DNA from: a virus
IMG/VR virus record: IMGVR_UViG_3300042868_003730
Coordinates: 1-64,000 of that record
Strand: one strand, 5' to 3'
Length of the DNA stretch: 64,000 nt
Shown: one piece after another, positions 36,131 to 44,902 of the stretch
How positions within the stretch are numbered: the first letter of the stretch is position 1
Layout of the letters: the number at the start of each line of letters is the position of its first letter
The notes under the pieces: model-generated
What the model was told of the DNA's origin: nothing
Database searches by the model: none
The model's input: the letters and a program-made list of their open reading frames with translations, nothing else
Program-made: the position numbers and the translations under genes

Positions 36131-37756
36131 ATGAAAAATTACAAATCACTCATTCAAGAAGTTGCTGGGTCAACCATCGTTATGGGCTTCGGAAGACTGA
36201 ATCCTATTACCAATGGTCATGCGCTTTTGTTAGATAAACTTCTTAAGATTGCTTCTGCCAACAGAGCGAAGCACGTGATGTACATCACAAAGACTCAAGA
36301 TAAGAAGAAAAACCCACTACCAATTGAGCGGAAATTATTCTGGTCGAAGAAAGCATTTCCGGAAATCAATTTCGTTGGTTGTGATGACCAAATCCGAACA
36401 GTTATTGAAGCAGCGAAAGAACAGGATGGCAAGTACAAGAACCTAATTCTTGTAGCTGGTTCTGATCGCGTTCCGTCATATGAATCTTTATTGAACAAAT
36501 ACAATGGAACTGAATATAATTTCGATTCCATCAAGGTAGTCTCCGCAGGTGAGCGCGACCCAGACGCAGATGATGCTACTGGTATGAGTGCTTCGAAGAT
36601 GAGAGCAGCTGCGACGAATAATGATTTTGTGTTGTTTAAGAAGGGCGTTCCTGATTCAATTAAGGAACCAGATGCTCGTAAAATGATGCAGGAATTGCGC
36701 ACCCATATGGGCATCAAGTCCGTAGCTGAGATGGCGATTCAAGTTACACCTTCAAGAAATGCATATTACCTCGGTGAGACTTTCCTTATTGGTCAGGTAG
36801 TAAGAGAAGGCAATGAGTATTTCGAGATCCTTGATCGTGGAAGTAATTACGTAACCGTCTCTGATATCAATGGACATATGAAACGTAAGTTCATTCAATC
36901 ACTGGTCGTCGAAGATATCCAGATGCCATACGCTTCCGCAGAGGATGAAGATACGGGATTTTCCTTTAAGGGATTCCATCCTTCTAAGTCATTCCTTAAT
37001 AATCATGATGCAGTGACATCATTCCAGGCTACAATTGGTCGCTATGAAGAAGGAAAGATTGGCGACGCAGTTGGAATTCTTCGTGCCATGCAAAATACTG
37101 ATGAGATGATTCAACACATCGAGAAGATTGTTGATCTAGGGGAACATCCTGGCGATCATACTCTGGTAAATGCAAAGGTAATGGAACATTACGCAAAGAT
37201 CAGAGACAGTCTTATTGGTATTGGTGAGTTCGAGCACCACAGAGATTACCTACAGGCACTTCTATCTTTAGTTCAACTGGCAGAAATAGAAGCACAACCA
37301 ATGGCGGAAAATATGGAAACACCAATCGTTAAACCAAGCGACAAACTAAAAGTAGCCAAGATTATCGCTGATGCTCTTGGTGTTGACTCATCTGGTAGCA
37401 ATGCCGAGACACTTGTTAATAGTGCACTTCGTGCTATGAGGAAGAAAGTTCTCAAACAAGATTCAGTTGCGATCATTGGAAATATGCTTGATCTTGCTGA
37501 CGAAGTAGGTATCAAATACGATAAGAATTTAGTTCCAACTGGTCTAAAAGAAAGTGCTGATCCAGTAAATATGGATACTGAAACAGAAATGCTTGGATTC
37601 GAACAGCTGCGTCGTCGTATTCGCAAACACGCAACCCTCGGCGCACCAGAACAAGAAGAACTTCCTGAGAAACCAGCTGGCGTCGGTTCTAGTCTTGGCT
37701 CATCTTCCGAAACTCATCGTAAACAAAAAGTACGCAAGTTGATGAGTAATGATTAA
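36131..37756 (+). CDS. HIGH-superfamily nucleotidyl(cytidylyl)transferase domain protein
   Basis: FGRLNPITNGH, KNPL, VAGSDR, SAGERDPD, MSASKMR. Confidence 0.88.
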   Translation: MKNYKSLIQEVAGSTIVMGFGRLNPITNGHALLLDKLLKIASANRAKHVMYITKTQDKKKNPLPIERKLFWSKKAFPEINFVGCDDQIRTVIEAAKEQDGKYKNLILVAGSDRVPSYESLLNKYNGTEYNFDSIKVVSAGERDPDADDATGMSASKMRAAATNNDFVLFKKGVPDSIKEPDARKMMQELRTHMGIKSVAEMAIQVTPSRNAYYLGETFLIGQVVREGNEYFEILDRGSNYVTVSDINGHMKRKFIQSLVVEDIQMPYASAEDEDTGFSFKGFHPSKSFLNNHDAVTSFQATIGRYEEGKIGDAVGILRAMQNTDEMIQHIEKIVDLGEHPGDHTLVNAKVMEHYAKIRDSLIGIGEFEHHRDYLQALLSLVQLAEIEAQPMAENMETPIVKPSDKLKVAKIIADALGVDSSGSNAETLVNSALRAMRKKVLKQDSVAIIGNMLDLADEVGIKYDKNLVPTGLKESADPVNMDTETEMLGFEQLRRRIRKHATLGAPEQEELPEKPAGVGSSLGSSSETHRKQKVRKLMSND

Positions 37757-39090
37757 TGGCACAGTTTAATAAAAACACTCAGGAATTTCTCAACCAAGAG
37801 AAAACACTATTTGAAGTTCCAATGATTGCCAACAAGAATGGCGACATTGTTACCACTTCAAATCGGTTTCCAGTCGATGCGGTAATAACAGGCACACCCG
37901 TTGTATCGTTTGGTGGAGTAAATCTAGATGCTTTTGGTAGATTAAGGGTAAGCAATCCACATACACTATTTGATGGCGCACAACGTTATAGAGATGATCC
38001 ATTTAAATGGAATCAAGTAGACACTGGCGCAGCCACAAGTGTATTTCTGCCTAACGAAAGTTCAGTGTTAATGTCGGTCTCAGGCAACGGTGACGAAAGC
38101 CTGAGACAAACTAAATCAGTGTTTGCCTATCAGCCTGGCAAAAGTTTACTGACCATGGTTACCTTTGCTATGACAACACCCACTGCAGGTCTGCGTCAGC
38201 GTGTTGGATTGTTTGGAGCACAGAATGGTGTATACTTTGAAGTAGATGGCACGACTGTGAATCTTGTGATTAGAAAATACACATCAGGATCCGTAGACGA
38301 CACAACAGAAAAGTTTGCTCAGGCAAATTGGAATGGTGATAAACTTAATGGCACTGGCCCAAGTGGAATTACTTTAAATGTCGCAACAGCACAAATTTTT
38401 TGGTGTGATATTGAATGGCTAGGAGTTGGATCAGTTCGTTGTGGGTTTGTAATTGATGGACAGTTCATACTCTGTCATACATTTCATCATGCCAATAGAG
38501 TTGGGTTCAGTAAAGTTTATATGACTACTGCTTCATTGCCAGTTAGATATGAATTAACTAGTACTGGCCCTGCAGGTTCTATGAGAGCAATATGTTCTAC
38601 CGTGATGTCTGAGGGTGGATATATGAATCGTAGTATTACTCGAAGTATTGGAACTAGTTTAACGGGTAAAGATCTAAGTAATACTGTGTATAGACCTCTG
38701 GTATGTATTAGACTCAATTCTGCCAATATTGAATCTGTGGTAGTTCCTTCTAAGTTTGATATATTTGGTTTGCAGTTGGCTGCGTTTTCATATCGCATTA
38801 TAGTAAATCCCACATTAACTGGCGCTAGTTGGACTAGTTCTGGAGCAGACAGTTCAGTAGAGTATGATATTTCTGCCACAGCATTAACAGGTGGAACAGT
38901 TATTGACCAAGGAATTTTTGTAGGATCTAATAAGGGTGGTTCAGCTTCAATCACTTCTAATGATGTAGATTTTAGTCAACAAATTGGTCGTACCATAGCA
39001 GGGGTTAGTGATATTTGGTGTCTAGCTGCTATAGCGACTACAAATAATGATGATGCTGTTGGTGTAGTGACTTGGCAAGAGCATATATAA
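37756..39090 (+). CDS. Putative virion structural protein (lectin-like beta-rich)
   Basis: DAFGRLRVS, YQPGKS, EWLGVGSVR patterns; late region. Confidence 0.7.
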   Translation: MAQFNKNTQEFLNQEKTLFEVPMIANKNGDIVTTSNRFPVDAVITGTPVVSFGGVNLDAFGRLRVSNPHTLFDGAQRYRDDPFKWNQVDTGAATSVFLPNESSVLMSVSGNGDESLRQTKSVFAYQPGKSLLTMVTFAMTTPTAGLRQRVGLFGAQNGVYFEVDGTTVNLVIRKYTSGSVDDTTEKFAQANWNGDKLNGTGPSGITLNVATAQIFWCDIEWLGVGSVRCGFVIDGQFILCHTFHHANRVGFSKVYMTTASLPVRYELTSTGPAGSMRAICSTVMSEGGYMNRSITRSIGTSLTGKDLSNTVYRPLVCIRLNSANIESVVVPSKFDIFGLQLAAFSYRIIVNPTLTGASWTSSGADSSVEYDISATALTGGTVIDQGIFVGSNKGGSASITSNDVDFSQQIGRTIAGVSDIWCLAAIATTNNDDAVGVVTWQEHI

Positions 39091-39093
39091 ATA
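39086..39093 (+). promoter_or_regulatory. T4-type late promoter
   Basis: Exact TATAAATA upstream of dps. Confidence 0.6.
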
Positions 39094-39108
39094 ACAATAA
39101 GGATTATA

Positions 39109-39546
39109 ATGAATGATCTAACCATCTCAATGAAGAAGTTGCTTGCCAATGTATTCTTCTATTACTACAAAGCACATGCATTTCATTGGAACGTAGAGAG
39201 TGTTCTGTTCTCGCAGATCCATGACTTCTTTGGGGATATCTATGCTGATGCTCATACTTCAGTAGATGATATTGCTGAACGAATTCGTATTATGGATGAA
39301 TATGCGCCAACCAATCTGGCTGAATTGTATCAACTGAAGACCATCCAGGAAAGTAATCTTAGTGGTAGCGATGTCGTGAATATGCTTTCAGAACTGGAAA
39401 AGGATAATGAGAGTATCCAGGAAAACTTAACAGAAGTGTTCGGAATGGCAAATTCACTAAATATGCAGGGGCTAGCAAATTACCTCGCTGGTAGATTAGA
39501 GATCCACTCCAAATTCGGTTGGATGATTAAGAGTCATTTGAAATGA
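39109..39546 (+). CDS. dps: Dps/ferritin-like protein
   Basis: HAFHWNVE, H.FF..IY, DDIAERIR, H.K..WM. Confidence 0.9.
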   Translation: MNDLTISMKKLLANVFFYYYKAHAFHWNVESVLFSQIHDFFGDIYADAHTSVDDIAERIRIMDEYAPTNLAELYQLKTIQESNLSGSDVVNMLSELEKDNESIQENLTEVFGMANSLNMQGLANYLAGRLEIHSKFGWMIKSHLK

Positions 39547-39893
39547 GCAATTTAAATAGTTATTTCGTTTCTGCTGAACTTGATCTGTATATTGATCAGG
39601 GAGACGCGTATGATAATGTCGTGACTCTCAATGATGAGTCAGGAAGTCCAATTGATCTAACTGGATTGACCGTAACTGCTTCTCTGAAGAGATATTATAA
39701 CTCAACAAGGGATTACGCTCTAACTGCTGCATCCATTGGAAGTGGAACCAATGGTCAGATTTTATTATCTATGACTGCAGAGACTACTGCATTACTAGTT
39801 GACCCAAGATACGTTTATACTGTCTATGTAACAACCAACAATAAGAAAGTCAAAGTTTTATATGGGCAGGTATTAACATCGCCGATGGCGTAA
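39543..39893 (+). CDS. Putative virion structural protein
   Basis: IDQG..F/Y..PIDLTG..RYVY..GQV pattern. Confidence 0.7.
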   Translation: MSNLNSYFVSAELDLYIDQGDAYDNVVTLNDESGSPIDLTGLTVTASLKRYYNSTRDYALTAASIGSGTNGQILLSMTAETTALLVDPRYVYTVYVTTNNKKVKVLYGQVLTSPMA

Positions 39894-39963
39894 CAATCAC
39901 TATGTTTTCTTATCTAAATAAGAAATAAGAAAACGATCTCTTACTAATTTTATAGGAAATAAT

Positions 39964-40536
39964 ATGAACATAGCAAAATCACAAGACGTGCTTGGAGCAT
40001 CAGTTACTCGTGGAAGCAGCCAGTCTGAACAAATGGAAGTTAGCGGTCGTTATCGCGCGGAATGCCTTGACGCACAGGGTAATGTCAAGTGGGTCGAGGA
40101 TTTCGACAACTTGGTTACCACCCAAGGCAGAAACCACTTGTTAGACCATGGTCTAGCTGGTCCAGCTACTGCTGTTATTGTTCGCATGTCGTTCATTACT
40201 TCTGGTACTCCAGTTGTTGGTGACACATACGCGACCCACGCTGGTTTCACTGAACTTGGTTCGGGTATTATTGCTGCTCGCGGCACACCATCCTTCTCTG
40301 CCGCATCTGCTGGTGCTAAGGCAACTTCGGCAGCAGTTTCTGCTTCTATTGTTGGTACTGGTTCTGTTACTGGTGTGGCAATTAACCTAGTTGTTGGTGT
40401 TGTTGGTAACTTGGGTGTCGTTGCTGATACAGCAACCTCTGGTGGTATCCTGTACAGTGCTGGTCTGTTCGCTGTGGCCAAGTCTGTTTCGTCAGGCGAC
40501 ACTCTCAACGTAACTTACACGACTACATTGACCTAA
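39964..40536 (+). CDS. Putative tail/virion protein
   Basis: NLVTTQG, ILYSAG.F..KSV.SGDTLNVTY; CTAAATA at 39914. Confidence 0.72.
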   Translation: MNIAKSQDVLGASVTRGSSQSEQMEVSGRYRAECLDAQGNVKWVEDFDNLVTTQGRNHLLDHGLAGPATAVIVRMSFITSGTPVVGDTYATHAGFTELGSGIIAARGTPSFSAASAGAKATSAAVSASIVGTGSVTGVAINLVVGVVGNLGVVADTATSGGILYSAGLFAVAKSVSSGDTLNVTYTTTLT

Positions 40537-40567
40537 TTTTCGTTCTTAACGATACTGGTGTTATTGT

Positions 40568-40855
40568 ATGTGTGATGTTGCGGCATTAACACCAGTATTA
40601 AGTTTCAATTATTTGAGTTCAAGAACACAGGTGTATAAAGGCGATCCTGGTCAGGGATTACCTATACACCAACATGAGTTTGCTCACCTTACAGTATGCA
40701 TCCAAGGTAGCATAAAGGTATTGAAGCAAAAGGGGTCGAAAATTTTAACTGTAAATGATAATCCTCTATTACTTACAGCTAATGAGTGGCACGAAATAGA
40801 AATTGTAGAACCAAATACAATATTCTCAAACATTTTCGAGGCGATAAATGGCTAA
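40568..40855 (+). CDS. Cupin-domain protein
   Basis: HQHEFAHLT..ANEWHEI. Confidence 0.8.
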   Translation: MCDVAALTPVLSFNYLSSRTQVYKGDPGQGLPIHQHEFAHLTVCIQGSIKVLKQKGSKILTVNDNPLLLTANEWHEIEIVEPNTIFSNIFEAING

Positions 40856-41042
40856 TTGCATTTTATTAGATCCACAGGGTAATTATGTGAATGCAATAGT
40901 TGCTGAACTAAACGATCCAGTCGACGAAGGTTATACTCTAGTAGAAGTGCCTGCAGGTTCTATCTGGGATGGCACTAAAGTCATAACCATAGAACAGTAC
41001 CAACAACAACGATCAAATACTAAAACAGTAGAGGCATTTTAA
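40848..41042 (+). CDS. Small tail-fibre-associated hypothetical protein
   Basis: VNAIVA..IWDG pattern; coupled to glycine-rich gene. Confidence 0.65.
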   Translation: MANCILLDPQGNYVNAIVAELNDPVDEGYTLVEVPAGSIWDGTKVITIEQYQQQRSNTKTVEAF

Positions 41043-43537
41043 TGCCTACAGTTGTTATAGCCCTAACTAGTGGAACTCGGTGGATAGTTCCAGGGGATTG
41101 CACAAGTGCTACTATTGAATGTATAGGTGCTGGTCGTACTTATGATACGTATGGTACGTATTTAAATGGCGGAGCATATTCTAAAACTAATACTGTTAGT
41201 TTGACTCCTGGCTCTGCAGTATACTTTAACATCGGTTCTAATATTACTGGTGGTGATACTTGGTTTAACAAAACTGCAAATAGTGCTACTACTTCAACCA
41301 CAGATGGATCCTTGGCTAAAGGTGGTGGAACCACTCCAAGTAGTCAAATAGCGGCAGGTGTTGGCGATCTAAAATATCGTGGCGGTACTGGCGGTATAAA
41401 TCATTATTCTCCAAGTGGTTGTTGTGGCTCTAACGATATTGGAGCTGGCGGTGGCGCAGCAGGTCCAAATGGCAATGGTGGCGATGCATTCGTTGATAGC
41501 AGCACTAACTGGTCCGATGGTGGTGGTGGCGCTAACGGAGGAAGTGCTGGTGGCACTGGATATAATTACCCATTATATGCAAATAATGGTGGAAATAACA
41601 GATTTGGAACTGGTGGTGGTGTAGCTCCAGGTGGTGCTGGTACAAATGGCGGTGGTGGTGCTGGTTTATACGACTCTGGCGACGGTGGTGCCGGTTCCCA
41701 GGAAAACATTTGGACAGATTGGCTAGGCAATAACTATGGACCAGGCGGTGGCGTAGGTGGTACATCCTTCTCTACTACTGGTATTCCACCAATCAGCACT
41801 GGTTATGGTGGTGGTGGAGCCAATGGTGGTATAATTATTATTACCTATGAAGCCAATCCACAAACTGCAACATGGACTGAAGTATACACCAAAACAACGC
41901 CAATAAGAATTCCTTACGGCTGCACTCAAGTAATAGCAGAGGGTATCGGTAGCGGAGCACCTGGAACTGTTGTTGCTGCTGGTGGTAACGGCGGTGGCGG
42001 TGGCGCATACGCAAAGAGTATTATTACCAGCGGGTTAGTTGGTAATTCAGCGGCATACGCACAGGTTCAATCTGATGTTCTTTACCCATACAGTGCTGGT
42101 TCTCCAGTAGATACTTGGTTTAATTTAACAGCAAATTCAGCACCAACTGTTTCTACTACTGGTATACTCACTGAGAGAGGATTTAAAGGAGGTACAGCAG
42201 GTAATGCAGCCAATTGTATAGGTACCACCATTTATAGTGGAGGTACTGGCGGGTTTGGTAATACTGCAGGAACTATTTCTCGCGGTGGCGGTGGCGGTGG
42301 ATCAGCTGGTCCTACTGGCGCGGGTAAAAACGGCGGTAATGCATTTAGTTATACAACTAACGTAGCAGGAACTGGCGGTGGTGGCGGCGGTTCTAATGGA
42401 GGGTCGAGTACAGTAGGCTCTAATGGCGCCACCACCATTAGCGGTTCTGGCGGAGCAAGTAGTGATGGAACTGCAGGTGGCGCAGGCTCATCCAGTGCTG
42501 CTATGGGTAACTCCGGTACTAATGGAAGTGGTGGGGCAGGTGGTTATCGAGGTAGTAGTACTTTAGCTTGGGGTGCTGGTAACGGCAGCATGCAAACTGT
42601 ATGGACCAGTGTTGGTGTTAATTATGGTCCTGGCGGAGGCGGTGGTGGTGGAGGAGGAAGTTCCGCCACAACTCAAACTTATCCTGGTAATGGTCTTGGT
42701 TACGGCAGTGGTGGTGGAGGAGCTGGTACTCGCTATAGTGGGTCACCTGTTTATGGTGGAGCTTCTGCACCAGGAATTCTGGTACTTACATTCACCACAG
42801 CAGCAGCAACTGTTGTAAATGATTCTACTTCAGATACAAATTCTATTTCCACGACAGAGAGTGGTTCTAGTTCATCATCTGCTTCTAGTACTGATACCAA
42901 CTCTATTATTTCGTCAGAAATACCTACGCTGATAACAGTAATATCTGCGGCTGAAACTACTTCAACAGCTACCAGTGAAGTTGGTGAAAAACTTCTTAAT
43001 GCATCTATAGCTGAGACCAACAGCACTAGTGATTCATTGATAATTATTCTTGATGTAGTAGTCTCTGATACAACAAATACCAATAGTACAGAATCATCTG
43101 CAGGAACAGTTATTGTAACAGTTACTGATGTGGTTTCCGCGACCGAGAATATAACAGCTGGTGTTGTTTCTCTGCAAGCAGTCACTGATTCTAATGGTGT
43201 TGTTTCTGCGCAGTCATCATTCATCAACGCAAGTGCATTCTTATTCGATTCAAATGCAACGAGTGATGATCAGGCATTCTCGATTTTATTCCTGGTCAAC
43301 TATACAGACATACAAGAAGTTTATTCTGCAGAATACGTATTTGGTGACGCAAATGCGGAAATATATGAATATATCACTGTAACTGATTACAATGACTCAG
43401 CTGTAATATTCAAACAGGTTCCTGGTGCTAAGGTTGTTGCGCAACAGGATTCTCTTCGCAAAGTATCTGCGTCAACTCAGGTTAATAAACGAGTCGCAGT
43501 AACACAAAATGCAAAGACATATATCAACGTTGGCTAA
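41042..43537 (+). CDS. Glycine-rich tail fibre/virion protein
   Basis: Two duplicated Gly-rich modules plus S/T/D-rich repeat region. Confidence 0.78.
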   Translation: MPTVVIALTSGTRWIVPGDCTSATIECIGAGRTYDTYGTYLNGGAYSKTNTVSLTPGSAVYFNIGSNITGGDTWFNKTANSATTSTTDGSLAKGGGTTPSSQIAAGVGDLKYRGGTGGINHYSPSGCCGSNDIGAGGGAAGPNGNGGDAFVDSSTNWSDGGGGANGGSAGGTGYNYPLYANNGGNNRFGTGGGVAPGGAGTNGGGGAGLYDSGDGGAGSQENIWTDWLGNNYGPGGGVGGTSFSTTGIPPISTGYGGGGANGGIIIITYEANPQTATWTEVYTKTTPIRIPYGCTQVIAEGIGSGAPGTVVAAGGNGGGGGAYAKSIITSGLVGNSAAYAQVQSDVLYPYSAGSPVDTWFNLTANSAPTVSTTGILTERGFKGGTAGNAANCIGTTIYSGGTGGFGNTAGTISRGGGGGGSAGPTGAGKNGGNAFSYTTNVAGTGGGGGGSNGGSSTVGSNGATTISGSGGASSDGTAGGAGSSSAAMGNSGTNGSGGAGGYRGSSTLAWGAGNGSMQTVWTSVGVNYGPGGGGGGGGGSSATTQTYPGNGLGYGSGGGGAGTRYSGSPVYGGASAPGILVLTFTTAAATVVNDSTSDTNSISTTESGSSSSSASSTDTNSIISSEIPTLITVISAAETTSTATSEVGEKLLNASIAETNSTSDSLIIILDVVVSDTTNTNSTESSAGTVIVTVTDVVSATENITAGVVSLQAVTDSNGVVSAQSSFINASAFLFDSNATSDDQAFSILFLVNYTDIQEVYSAEYVFGDANAEIYEYITVTDYNDSAVIFKQVPGAKVVAQQDSLRKVSASTQVNKRVAVTQNAKTYINVG

Positions 43538-43552
43538 ACTCTAAATAACACT

Positions 43553-44236
43553 ATGAACGAAAACTTTTTACGTAAAGTACAGGCAGCTACTATTGTTGCC
43601 AAAACTCTTGGGTATGAACCACAGGAGGGGGAAAGTCCAGCTGATATTATTAAGACAGCACTGGCTCTCCAACCAGATTTGACTGAAGAGCAGAAAAAGA
43701 CTCTTCGCGATATGTTAAAGTTGTCAGAATCTATGGGTATTGATGTGGAAGATAAAGACTACTCCGATGACGAACTAGACAAAATGGCTGATGGCGTGAA
43801 AGACTGGGATCATATTATTGATGCCTATGACGATGAAGAACTGGCTATTGTTGATGATGAAACAGGCGAGGAAGTTGATAACCTGAAAGAATCATTTGAG
43901 ATCAATGAGGTATTGTCCAGAGCTGAGCGTATCAGAGCAAAGGCAAGATTCGCAAGAACTGCAACCAAAAGAGAAATCAAAACCAAACTCGCACTTCGTC
44001 GTCAATCTAATTCAGCTACATTCAGCAAAAGAGCCAGACATTTGGCCATGAATATGATGAAAGTTAAACTGGCCAAGAAACCTCTTGCCAATATGACTGT
44101 GCTTGATAAAGAAAGAGTTGAGAGGATTCTTTCTAAGAGGAAAGTTCTTATCAATCGCCTGGCAATGAAACTAATGCCTCGTGTCAAGAAGATCGAGAAA
44201 GATCGTTTACATCACAGAACATTCACACAAAAATGA
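43553..44236 (+). CDS. Putative head-associated protein
   Basis: CTAAATA at 43541; acidic middle, INE-VL site, basic C-half. Confidence 0.7.
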   Translation: MNENFLRKVQAATIVAKTLGYEPQEGESPADIIKTALALQPDLTEEQKKTLRDMLKLSESMGIDVEDKDYSDDELDKMADGVKDWDHIIDAYDDEELAIVDDETGEEVDNLKESFEINEVLSRAERIRAKARFARTATKREIKTKLALRRQSNSATFSKRARHLAMNMMKVKLAKKPLANMTVLDKERVERILSKRKVLINRLAMKLMPRVKKIEKDRLHHRTFTQK

Positions 44237-44892
44237 TTAGACTAAAAGAATTCATTTCCGAAGCAGAGCGCGGCACAAAGAATGCACGTGAGATTGCTGA
44301 TACACTGAAGAAAGCTGGGTACAAGAAACTCGGTGAAGGTGTGGATGCTACTGTCTGGACTAAGGATGATGGTTCAGTGCTGAAGATTATTATGCCTAGT
44401 ACACCTGACTCACAGGCTGCGCTAACATTTATGAATTTTTGGAAGTTCTGTCAGAACCATAAACAACTTCGGTGCTTGCCAAGATTCAAAGAAATCCAGG
44501 GTGAGAATCTAGCGAAGTTTACTCTTAGAAAAAAAGAGTATCTCCAGATCTCAATGGAGAAATTACAACCTCTGGCCAAAGGTAGTGCTGAAGAAATCCT
44601 AGTCTGGCACCTTAGTGATTATGCCACACAGAATACTGACTGGAACACCGTATTCACAGATCTTCATAAAATAGAGAGTTATGAAGATCTCAAACCAAAA
44701 GAACAAAAGAGATATTTGTCTTTCTTGGAAGATAAGAGTAAAGTCTTAGAGTATAAGATGTTGTATACTGTTATGAAACTTCTTTACGTAACAGGATCGC
44801 TAAATAATATGAATTGGGACCTGCATACTGAAAACGCAATGCAGCGAGCAGATGGTACTGTAGTTATCGTCGATCCTTGGCTAACCTTCTAA
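44233..44892 (+). CDS. Protein-kinase-like fold protein
   Basis: LGEGVDATVW, VLKI, MEKL, DLHTENAM, VIVDP. Confidence 0.78.
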   Translation: MIRLKEFISEAERGTKNAREIADTLKKAGYKKLGEGVDATVWTKDDGSVLKIIMPSTPDSQAALTFMNFWKFCQNHKQLRCLPRFKEIQGENLAKFTLRKKEYLQISMEKLQPLAKGSAEEILVWHLSDYATQNTDWNTVFTDLHKIESYEDLKPKEQKRYLSFLEDKSKVLEYKMLYTVMKLLYVTGSLNNMNWDLHTENAMQRADGTVVIVDPWLTF

Positions 44893-44902
44893 AGTAATTA
44901 CA

